Position numbers and translations under genes: made by a program. Below the pieces are notes generated by a model. It saw nothing but the letters and a program-made list of their open reading frames with translations. It was not told where the DNA came from and made no database searches. Source: Rebecca billardiae RCC1528 (lineage: Eukaryota; Protista; Haptophyta). Taken from it: a stretch of 64,000 nucleotides of DNA. Location of the stretch: positions 1,860,001 through 1,924,000 of the forward strand of contig OZ251225.1 of assembly GCA_965240325.2 (NCBI GenBank), in the 5' to 3' direction. This document shows positions 61,401-64,000 of the stretch, piece after piece; position 1 is the first letter of the stretch, and each line of letters opens with the position of its first letter.

Positions 61401-64000
61401 GCTCGGCGGCGGCGGGCTTGGCGGAGGCGATGGCGGTGGGCTGGGCGGAGGCGACGGCGGTGGGCTCGGCGGTGGGCTCGGCGGCGGGCTTGGTGGTGGC
61501 GATGGCGGTGGGCTTGGCGGTGGCGATGGCGGTGGGCTTGGCGGCGGTGACGGCGGTGGGCTCGGAGGCGGCGGGCTCGGCGGCGGGCTCGGTGGCGGTG
61601 ATGGCGGCGGGGACGGCGGAGGGCTCGGCGGTGGGCTTGGTGGCGGGCTCGGCGGCGGCGATGGCGGTGGGCTGGGTGGTGGTGACGGTGGTGGCGAGGG
61701 CGGCGGTGAGGGCGGCGGCGACGGCGGCGGCGGTGACGGTGGTGGCGAGGGCGGAGGCGAGGGCGGTGGTGACGGTGGTGGCGAGGGCGGTGGTGAGGGC
61801 GGTGGGCTGGGCGGTGGGCTGGGCGGTGGCGATGGTGGCGGGCTCGGAGGCGGGCTGGGCGGCGGCGACGGCGGAGGGCTCGGCGGCGGCGGGCTGGGCG
61901 GAGGCGATGGCGGTGGGCTGGGCGGAGGCGACGGCGGTGGGCTCGGCGGTGGGCTCGGCGGCGGGCTTGGTGGTGGCGATGGCGGTGGGCTTGGAGGCGG
62001 CGATGGCGGTGGGATTGGCGGCGGTGACGGCGGTGGGCTCGGAGGCGGCGGGCTCGGCGGCGGGCTCGGTGGCGGTGATGGCGGCGGAGACGGCGGAGGG
62101 CTCGGCGGTGGGCTTGGTGGCGGGCTCGGCGGCGGCGACGGCGGTGGGCTGGGTGGTGGTGACGGTGGTGGCGAGGGCGGCGGTGAGGGCGGCGGCGACG
62201 GCGGCGGCGGTGACGGTGGTGGCGAGGGCGGAGGCGAGGGCGGTGGTGACGGTGGTGGCAAGGGCGGTGGTGAGGGCGGTGGGCTGGGCGGTGGGCTGGG
62301 CGGTGGCGATGGTGGCGGGCTCGGAGGCGGGCTGGGCGGCGGCGACGGCGGAAGGCTCGGCGGCGGCGGGCTGGGCGGAGGCGATGGCGGTGGGCTGGGC
62401 GGAGGCGACGGCGGTGGGCTCGGCGGTGGGCTCGGCGGCGGGCTTGGTGGTGGCGATGGCGGTGGGCTTGGCGGCGGGCTCGGCGGTGGGCTTGGCGGCG
62501 GTGACGGCGGTGGGCTCGGAGGCGGCGGGCTCGGCGGCGGGCTCGGTGGCGGTGATGGCGGCGGGGACGGCGGTGGGCTCGGCGGTGGGCTTGGTGGCGG
62601 GCTCGGCGGCGGCGACGGCGGCGGGCTGGGTGGTGGTGACGGTGGTGGCGAGGGCGGCGGTAAGGGCGGCGGCGACGGCGGCGGCGGTGACGGTGGTGGC
62701 GAGGGCGGAGGCGAGGGCGGTGGTGAAGGTGGTGGCGAGGGCGGTGGTGAGGGCGGTGGGCTGGGCGGTGGGCTGGGTGGTGGCGATGGTGGCGGGCTCG
62801 GAGGCGGGCTGGGCGGCGGCGACGGCGGTGGGCTCGGCGGCGGCGGGCTGGGCGGAGGCGACGGCGGTGGGCTGGGCGGAGGCGACGGCGGTGGGCTCGG
62901 CGGTGGGCTCGGCGGCGGGCTTGGTGGTGGCGATGGCGGTGGGCTTGGCGGCGGGCTCGGCGGTGGGCTTGGCGGCGGTGACGGCGGTGGGCTCGGAGGC
63001 GGCGGGCTCGGCGGCGGGCTCGGTGGCGGTGATGGCGGCGGGGACGGCGGAGGGCTCGGCGGTGGGCTTGGTGGCGGGCTCGGCGGCGGCGACGGCGGTG
63101 GGCTGGGTGGTGGTGACGGTGGTGGCGAGGGCGGCGGTAAGGGCGGCGGCGACGGCGGCGGCGGTGACGGTGGTGGCGAGGGCGGAGGCGAGGGCGGTGG
63201 TGACGGTGGTGGCGAGGGCGGTGGTGAGGGCGGTGGGCTGGGCGGTGGGCTGGGTGGTGGCGATGGTGGCGGGCTCGGAGGCGGGCTGGGCGGCGGCGAC
63301 GGCGGAGGGCTCGGCGGCGGCGGGCTGGGCGGAGGCGATGGCGGTGGGCTGGGCGGAGGCGACGGCGGTGGGCTCGGCGGTGGGCTCGGCGGAGGGCTTG
63401 GTGGTGGCGATGGCGGTGGGCTTGGCGGTGGCGATGGGGGTGGGCTTGGCGGCGGTGACGGCGGTGGGCTCGGAGGCGGCGGGCTCGGCGGCGGGCTCGG
63501 TGGCGGTGATGGCGGCGGGGACGGCGGAGGGCTCGGCGGTGGGCTTGGTGGCGGGCTCGGCGGCGGCGACGGCGGTGGGTTGGGTGGTGGTGACGGTGGT
63601 GGCGAGGGCGGCGGTAAGGGCGGCGGCGACGGCGGCGGCGGTGACGGTGGTGGCGAGGGCGGAGGCGAGGGCGGTGGTGACGGTGGTGGCGAGGGCGGTG
63701 GTGAGGGCGGTGGGCTGGGCGGTGGGCTGGGCGGTGGCGATGGTGGCGGGCTCGGAGGCGGGCTGGGCGGCGGCGACGGCGGTGGGCTCGGCGGCGGCGG
63801 GCTTGGCGGAGGCGATGGCGGTGGGCTGGGCGGAGGCGACGGCGGTGGGCTCGGCGGTGGGCTCGGCGGCGGGCTTGGTGGTGGCGATGGCGGTGGGCTT
63901 GGAGGTGGCGATGGCGGCGGGCTTGGCGGCGGTGACGGCGGTGGGCTCGGAGGCGGCGGGCTCGGCGGCGGGCTCGGTGGCGGTGATGGCGGCGGGGACG
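40480..64000 (-). CDS. Giant polycystin-1/adhesion-receptor-like protein, 5' end beyond window: Ser-Pro3 stalk, 3 IPT/TIG, REJ, GAIN/GPS, TM segments, EF-hand pair
   Basis: Open frame from 40480 to ~60990, continuing in SPPP register after two 1-bp G insertions. IPT starts VESVTPRGAP, VEGLDPPAGPVRGGTVVTLSGAGF and PSVHSCSPTAG. REJ motifs IAGGDR, IDASASSDP, MNRPPFGG..IEPATG..F..SGWVDD..DLPLRYAF. GPS CRFW..WSAEGC..CACDHLTDF (44095-44247). Hydrophobic segments follow. In-frame introns cannot be excluded. Confidence 0.85.
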   Translation of the reverse strand, partial: VPAAITATEPAAEPAASEPTAVTAAKPAAIATSKPTAIATTKPAAEPTAEPTAVASAQPTAIASAKPAAAEPTAVAAAQPASEPATIATAQPTAQPTALTTALATTVTTALASALATTVTAAAVAAALTAALATTVTTTQPTAVAAAEPATKPTAEPSAVPAAITATEPAAEPAASEPTAVTAAKPTPIATAKPTAIATTKPSAEPTAEPTAVASAQPTAIASAQPAAAEPSAVAAAQPASEPATIATTQPTAQPTALTTALATTVTTALASALATTVTAAAVAAALTAALATTVTTTQPTAVAAAEPATKPTAEPSAVPAAITATEPAAEPAASEPTAVTAAKPTAEPAAKPTAIATTKPAAEPTAEPTAVASAQPTAVASAQPAAAEPTAVAAAQPASEPATIATTQPTAQPTALTTALATTFTTALASALATTVTAAAVAAALTAALATTVTTTQPAAVAAAEPATKPTAEPTAVPAAITATEPAAEPAASEPTAVTAAKPTAEPAAKPTAIATTKPAAEPTAEPTAVASAQPTAIASAQPAAAEPSAVAAAQPASEPATIATAQPTAQPTALTTALATTVTTALASALATTVTAAAVAAALTAALATTVTTTQPTAVAAAEPATKPTAEPSAVSAAITATEPAAEPAASEPTAVTAANPTAIAASKPTAIATTKPAAEPTAEPTAVASAQPTAIASAQPAAAEPSAVAAAQPASEPATIATAQPTAQPTALTTALATTVTTALASALATTVTAAAVAAALTAALATTVTTTQPTAIAAAEPATKPTAEPSAVPAAITATEPAAEPAASEPTAVTAAKPTAIATAKPTAIATTKPAAEPTAEPTAVASAQPTAIASAKPAAAEPTAVAAAQPASEPATIATAQPTAQPTALTTALATTVTTALASALATTVTAAAVAAALTAALATTVTTTQPTAVAAAEPATKPTAEPSAVPAAITATEPAAEPAASEPTAVTAAKPTPIATAKPTAIATTKPSRRAHRPSPPPSPPPSPPPSPPPSPPPPSPPPSPPPSPPPSPPPSPPPSPPPSPPPSPPPSPPPSPPPSPPPSPPPSPPPPSPPPLPPPSPPPSPPPSPPPSPPPSPPPSPPPSPPPSPPPSPPPSPPPSPPPPSPPPSPPPSPPPSPPPSPPPSQPPSPPPSPPPSPPPSPPPSPPPSPPPSPPPPSPPPSPPPSPPPSPPPSPPPSPPPSPPPSPPPSPPPSPPPSPPPSPPPSPPPPSPPPSPPPSPPPSPPPSPPPSPPPSPPPSPPPSPPPSPPPSPPPSPPPSPPPPSPPPSPPPSPPPSPPPSPPPSPPPSPPPSPPPSPPPSPPPSPPPSPPPSPPPPSLPPSPPPSPPPSPPPSPPPSPPPSPPPSPPPSPPPSPPPSPPPSPPPSPPPPSPPPSPPPSPPPSPPPSPPPSPPPSPPPSPPPSPPPSPPPSPPPSPPPSPPPPSPPPSPPPSPPPSPPPSPPPSPPPSPPPSPPPSPPPSPPPSPPPSPPPSPPPPSPPPSPPPSPPPSPPPSPPPSPPPSPPPSPPPSPPPSPPPSPPPSPPPSPPPPSPPPSPPPSPPPSPPPNPPPSPPPSPPPSPPPSPPPSPPPSPPPSPPPSPPPPSPPPSPPPSPPPSPPPSPPPSPPPSPPPSPPPSPPPSPPPSPPPSPPPSPPPPSPPPSPPPSPPPSPPPSPPPSPPPSPPPSPPPSPPPSPPPSPPPSPPPSPPPPSPPPSPPPSPPPSPPPSPPPSPPPSPPPSPPPSPPPSPPPSPPPSPPPSPPPPSPPPSPPPSPPPSPPPSPPPSPPPSPPPSPPPSPPPSPPPSPPPSPPPSPPPPSPPPSPPPSPPPSPPPSPPPSPPPSPPPSPPPSPPPSPPPSPPPSPPPSPPPPSPPPSPPPSPPPSPPPSPPPSPPPSPPPSPPPSPPPSPPPSPPPSPPPSPPPPSPPPSPPPSPPPSPPPSPPPSPPPSPPPSPPPSPPPSPPPSPPPSPPPSPPPPSPPPSPPPSPPPSPPPSPPPSPPPSPPPSPPPSPPPSPPPSPPPSPPPSPPPPSPPPSPPPSPPPSPPPSPPPSPPPSPPPSPPPSPPPSPPPSPPPSPPPSPPPPSPPPSPPPSPPPSPPPSPPPSPPPSPPPSPPPSPPPSPPPSPPPSPPPSPPPPSPPPSPPPSPPPSPPPSPPPSPPPSPPPSPPPSPPPSPPPSPPPSPPPSPPPPSPPPSPPPSPPPSPPPNPPPSPPPSPPPSPPPSPPPSPPPSPPPSPPPSPPPPSPPPSPPPSPPPSPPPSPPPSPPPSPPPSPPPSPPPSPPPSPPPSPPPSPPPPSPPPSPPPSPPPSPPPSPPPSPPPSPPPSPPPSPPPSPPPSPPPSPPPSPPPPSPPPLPPPSPPPSPPPSPPPSPPPSPPPSPPPSPPPSPPPSPPPSPPPSPPPPSPPPSPPPSPPPSPPPSPPPSQPPSPPPSPPPSPPPSPPPSPPPSPPPSPPPPSPPPSPPPSPPPSPPPSPPPSPPPSPPPSPPPSPPPSPPPSPPPSPPPSPPPPSPPPSPPPSPPPSPPPSPPPSPPPSPPPSPPPSPPPSPPPSPPPSPPPSPPPPSPPPSPPPSPPPSPPPSPPPSPPPSPPPSPPPSPPPSPPPSPPPSPPPSPPPPSLPPSPPPSPPPSPPPSPPPSPPPSPPPSPPPSPPPSPPPSPPPSPPPSPPPPSPPPSPPPSPPPSPPPSPPPSPPPSPPPSPPPSPPPSPPPSPPPSPPPSPPPPSPPPSPPPSPPPSPPPSPPPSPPPSPPPSPPPSPPPSPPPSPPPSPPPSPPPPSPPPSPPPSPPPSPPPSPPPSPPPSPPPSPPPSPPPSPPPSPPPSPPPSPPPPSPPPSPPPSPPPSPPPNPPPSPPPSPPPSPPPSPPPSPPPSPPPSPPPSPPPPSPPPSPPPSPPPSPPPSPPPSPPPSPPPSPPPSPPPSPPPSPPPSPPPSPPPPSPPPSPPPSPPPSPPPSPPPSPPPSPPPSPPPSPPPSPPPSPPPSPPPSPPPPSPPPSPPPSPPPSPPPSPPPSPPPSPPPSPPPSPPPSPPPSPPPSPPPSPPPPSPPPSPPPSPPPSPPPSPPPSPPPSPPPSPPPSPPPSPPPSPPPSPPPSPPPPSPPPSPPPSPPPSPPPSPPPSPPPSPPPSPPPSPPPSPPPSPPPSPPPSPPPPSPPPSPPPSPPPSPPPSPPPSPPPSPPPSPPPSPPPSPPPSPPPSPPPSPPPPSPPPSPPPSPPPSPLPSPPPSPPPSPPPSPPPSPPPSPPPSPPPSPPPSPPPPSPPPSPPPSPPPSPPPSPPPSPPPSPPPSPPPSPPPSPPPSPPPSPPPSPPPPSPPPSPPPSPPPSPPPSPPPSPPPSPPPSPPPSPPPSPPPSPPPSPPPSPPPPSPPPSPPPSPPPSPPPSPPPSPPPSPPPSPPPSPPPSPPPSPPPSPPPSPPPPSPPPSPPPSPPPSPPPSPPPSPPPSPPPSPPPSPPPSPPPSPPPSPPPSPPPPSPPPSPPPSPPPSPPPSPPPSPPPSPPPSPPPSPPPSPPPSPPPSPPPSPPPPSPPPSPPPSPPPSPPPSPPPSPPPSPPPSPPPSPPPSPPPSPPPSPPPSPPPPSPPPSPPPSPPPSPPPSPPPSPPPSRPPSPPPSPPPSPPPSPPPSPPPSPPPPSPPPSPPPSPPPSPPPSPPPSPPPSPPPSPPPSPPPSPPPSPPPSPPPSPPPPSPPPSPPPSPPPSPPPSPPPSPPPSPPPSPPPSPPPSPPPSPPPSPPPSPPPPSPPPSPPPSPPPSPPPSPPPSPPPSPPPSPPPSPPPSPPPSPPPSPPPSPPPPSPPPSPPPSPPPSPPPNPPPSPPPSPPPSPPPSPPPSPPPSPPPSPPPSPPPPSPPPSPPPSPPPSPPPSPPPSPPPSPPPSPPPSPPPSPPPSPPPSPPPSPPPPSPPPSPPPSPPPSPPPSPPPSPPPSPPPSPPPSPPPSPPPSPPPSPPPSPPPPSPPPSPPPSPPPSPPPSPPPSPPPSPPPSPPPSPPPSPPPSPPPSPPPSPPPPSPPPSPPPSPPPSPPPSPPPSPPPSPPPSPPPSPPPSPPPSPPPSPPPSPPPPSPPPSPPPSPPPSPPPSPPPSPPPSPPPSPPPSPPPSPPPSPPPSPPPSPPPPSPPPSPPPSPPPSPPPSPPPSPPPSPPPSPPPSPPPSPPPSPPPSPPPSPPPPSPPPSPPPSPPPSPPPSPPPSPPPSPPPSPPPSPPPSPPPSPPPSPPPSPPPPSPPPSPPPSPPPSPPPSPPPSPPPSPPPSPPPSPPPSPPPSPPPSPPPSPPPPSPPPSPPPSPPPSPPPSPPPSPPPSPPPSPPPSPPPSPPPSPPPSPPPSPPPPSPPPSPPPSPPPSPPPSPPPSPPPSPPPSPPPSPPPSPPPSPPPSPPPSPPPPSPPPSPPPSPPPSPPPSPPPSPPPSPPPSPPPSPPPSPPPSPPPSPPPSPPPPSPPPSPPPSPPPSPPPSPPPSPPPSPPPSPPPSPPPSPPPSPPPSPPPSPPPPSPPPSPPPSPPPSPPPSPPPSPPPSPPPSPPPSPPPSPPPSPPPSPPPSPPPPSPPPSPPPSPPPSPPPSPPPSPPPSPPPSPPPSPPPSPPPSPPPSPPPSPPPPSPPPSPPPSPPPSPPPSPPPSPPPSPPPSPPPSPPPSPPPSPPPSPPPSPPPPSPPPSPPPSPPPSPPPSPPPSPPPSPPPSPPPSPPPSPPPSPPPSPPPSPPPPSPPPSPPPSPPPSPPPSPPPSPPPSPPPSPPPSPPPSPPPSPPPLPPPSPPPPSPPPSPPPSPPPSPPPSPPPSPPPSLPPSPPPSPPPSPSPSPPPSPPPSPPPPSPPLSPPPSPPPSRPPSPPPSPPPSPPPSPPSPPPSPPPSPPPSPPPSPPPPSLPPLPPPYPPPSPPPSPPPSPPPSPPPSPPPSPPPSPPPSPPPMPPPSPIPPSPPPSPPPSPLPSPPPSPPPSTPPSPPPSPPPLPPPSPPPSPPPSPPPPSPPPAPPPSPPPSPPPSPPPPSPPPHPPPSPPPSLRSSPPLSPPLWSPPSPPPSPPPSMPSSQPPSSPPPPPRSPPPSPPPSPPPLAPPSSPPLPPPSPPPSLSPSSTPSLPPSPPPAEPPPPRTEPLPPPSPPSPPPSPPPASAPLSLPSLPPSPELSPPPNPPPPSPPPSSTQSPPPSPPPSPPPSPPPSPPPSQPPSPPPSPPSPPPPSSLPRSAPPSPALVQLPVPPPSPPPLPPPPPVLRATVESVTPRGAPLGVTGALLTLRGAAFVPTPGGGDSCAFGQPVGTGGAFVSLASTPATILSAREATCALPTGIGLGGGVYEVRLTLDGGAYAVPPLFDAPSVELYDPGSVRVEGLDPPAGPVRGGTVVTLSGAGFADYGDGQLCCVLPALDPLACAAAATLLPAIGGTSRARCTLPAAPAAEEPRSMAIELSVGGAMAGSTSASGSLFHLYAEPSVHSCSPTAGFAGVAVIVGGAGFGALGGAGPAGLLSLLRVSFGLVAVPADVVSDGALLVRTPVAGPDGLSQVRVALNGQQFTPEHALPADEGGVYFDKIGLHAPKLVRAAFDGSATALRLEFDAQPTDRARMAAGVQPCTAVLDDETLALVAGAPPLSAAAAPPSCYWAHDTELVVRLSADTAVAPGARVRVRDGVLMPGACSPSCAPEYVGTGLQAAIDVDAPCGDTPCPTPLAVLSAPATLSACANETVRLEGSSSSGGGVKPLRFEWALDRAVTSAPEAEVAAVEAQLRELPPGAMVAAVRMPSAGRVWGFVLRVSNFLGLTSATARHRAQRASARALLAAIAGPPLVPAWAPEPLVLEASIRLPPGCSAGEHAAEGTLAFAWRVVSVLATPGGGAPAGGARLPALSEETARSLVLPPFSLSAGHTYELEVTASDPGAGADAGAAQAFGSASVRVEVRTLPLRATIAGGDRVAGALDFLVIDASASSDPNRADGSDGLAFEWSVARVLESDADGGLDSGDALSAPLNLTAAGATPALAALALPPLSLPLGEYEVRVRVSSAGFAESAAASVRVRIIAGVVPAIAFAPLPRPKYSPTFELPEHRLVVSTALDEASARLQARGVLRFEYAWRALLVGAGGALSDAGVDLSDTVAVTTTGAAGPTLAFRSGALAPGAQYAFELTVSGADRPAVSSVRVLMNRPPFGGGVGIEPATGIALLTRFAVSASGWVDDADDLPLRYAFERTTLGDDADGGATGAAEPARAPTSLLRTLGLSPLLFDVVLPAGNSTVRVSVHDAWAATASASALVTVLPPLLLGGTQEAPQALASLLEQARAALARADMSAVYQLLDALARLVSDVFGGGSRRGGGLEAEPGADAPQLGGVPNASSPAQNASAPPLPPLPPLAPPPPPPPRLAIEGSLSREELRQARDELLELAIVAGAITTREPSGLAQAIAALASVLDAPISLDGGDAAAALAHAAELARGVAEVGAALGARAALAGAIDAVLSARIDLAPREEDALADAATAALDGLGAVALAGAAPGELATHYPGESLNVTAVRTTADALAAGRWIPALDAHGGLLVRAEALAFLRNLSLAAGVDVVLTSVARDLKSGASVDGALALGADGAVESGAEVLTHVFSVTLRAAGGGEIDVSGLPEPLLIAVPPRAGVGMPDVLAAAQCRFWETARGGWSAEGCALAPPPEDGVEADEAQGDLASLPLLFCACDHLTDFAGVVPPIDVDTGSGADERDDDAAAATPLLLPAAPSSRQSLAQVAFAAVVSLAARTVPRTVYLLVALNGCLLLLAAIYDRRALWKHRRWYESERVSAGASASPDDTSSRLLGRHSSKLVRKAEARRSFVLTRLHSAAAGAMLKPHALEPHAGKAARSSEHSAAVGAVLAARSTELDGLHASVVEEEEGEEEEARSEGSADEMTVRIEPSCDTTAAAPWSEGTLTIDPQACAGTDAAELLRSPLARPRPVAEGESQEDDWTAVGAPARERSSDGLLSPRASPSLVAEDEGWCDDDDLTAVGAPVPEWSCSGLQLSPRERPSLVVECGDTSEEEGEEQGADAQPASAPAMATATAKADACPASPPPSAPAVRFQPAAKARVPPSTPGDSGPLEASAMRFAAPHERPRSPAREPIPIPRRPPRSTAAEVCGGLLWLLADEHSVLAAMLMAAEQAGQRALLAQSVCTALLVQLTVAVGLFSAEPGAETGHGIAAHADRTRTPTGLPLPAAVALIALAGALMLLGARLLREALARAQEPPPPTVRLYHALRDMVVKLLEADLETLRAESAAAARRAARAIAPTNTFALRLENSVGRRARPRRGQQRRAHGCSSKAGADAAATSASGGDGHGSCAQSEGRRSRVEAPPSPQAHSDGCPACVAAPSSPRAHGACAGGGAATAHDALATLAAAGAPLSERERPHRSSGAAPRSRPEHAAARSGPSAHATAGAAPSAGRGRVAPTPRRHAAQPPRGWRPTARASRADAAELRAPRNSAEPALIPATRPIAPVPRGRAAAATGVLAGAERAVWPPPSLPPAALTPAARRPSRSPHATLQPTCVPVSAAREAQPPSSRSGPPSACGQVRPVRARAAQRAGAAASEVVGRRAAAQHGRQLAPCADAPGAALLSARLVLAHTPASLIPPRGPGEPARCAATAPDSAAAPDGDTAGGRRDTAHGPSVRPHSSPPPSPPRAPTPPPPPRHAPVARAPSRVRGALGAAASGARRASLAGLAAVRRPSHSALDARELEALQLIYSSFGSAEDGQCDERALSTLMTELGDPLTSLEVRALLRVLDTTRRQRVSEHELTAWYARQHALEMRRRRRKRDRAHCAEPCVPARRSRKPLVMALLIGGTAGLAAVVAASGDRVPGEALMPMLRAWAAAIALALCALEPAGLALAWWALPRVRVRQRSRWAQGLEQLEAEASSARLARI
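48450..64000 (-). repeat. Coding tandem array: 12-bp SPPP unit, 159-bp (53-aa) subunit, 477-bp (159-aa) unit, ~30 units; degenerate at the 48.4-49.5 kb end
   Basis: Marker gcggaggcgagggcgg recurs at 50301, 50778 and 51255 (period 477); SPPPP interruptions every 159 bp. Confidence 0.95.

Overview
GC-rich eukaryotic nuclear DNA with GT(GCGC)...(C)GCAG introns and compact divergent gene pairs; a haptophyte-like alga is my inference, not proven. Host genes: a polysaccharide pyruvyltransferase, a standalone LTO1/VKOR-type thioredoxin domain, a Lon-N-domain protein, a small secreted protein, an AAA+ ATPase, a 3-exon GCN5-type acetyltransferase fused to a PARP-like domain lacking the catalytic His, an O-fucosyltransferase-like GT and a sulfotransferase. 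The right 23.5 kb is the 3' part of a giant polycystin-1/adhesion-receptor-like gene (>15 kb Ser-Pro3 repeat, 3 IPT, REJ, GAIN/GPS, TMs, EF-hands) that runs off the window edge. Between the genes is dense, nested mobile DNA. (i) An intact, recently inserted Ty1/copia element (8137-15904; 554-bp LTRs, CTTAC TSD) with a ~700-aa N-terminal extension carrying a MYND-like zinc finger, an integrase lacking the HHCC finger, and no canonical PBS. It sits in one arm of an older ~5-kb degenerate palindrome. (ii) A 3.17-kb P-superfamily-like DNA element (32-bp CAAAG TIRs, 7-bp TSD) with two convergent ORFs and no visible DDE core. (iii) Directly abutting it, a 2.04-kb MULE-like element (9-bp TSD, ~420-bp TIRs). 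Both DNA-element boundaries are confirmed by an empty-site copy of the same host sequence at 32133-32574. The best candidates for undescribed biology are the two-ORF P-like element, the GNAT/pseudo-PARP fusion, the MYND-bearing copia and the giant extensin-polycystin. All protein-family calls rest on motifs recognised by eye; no searches were run.
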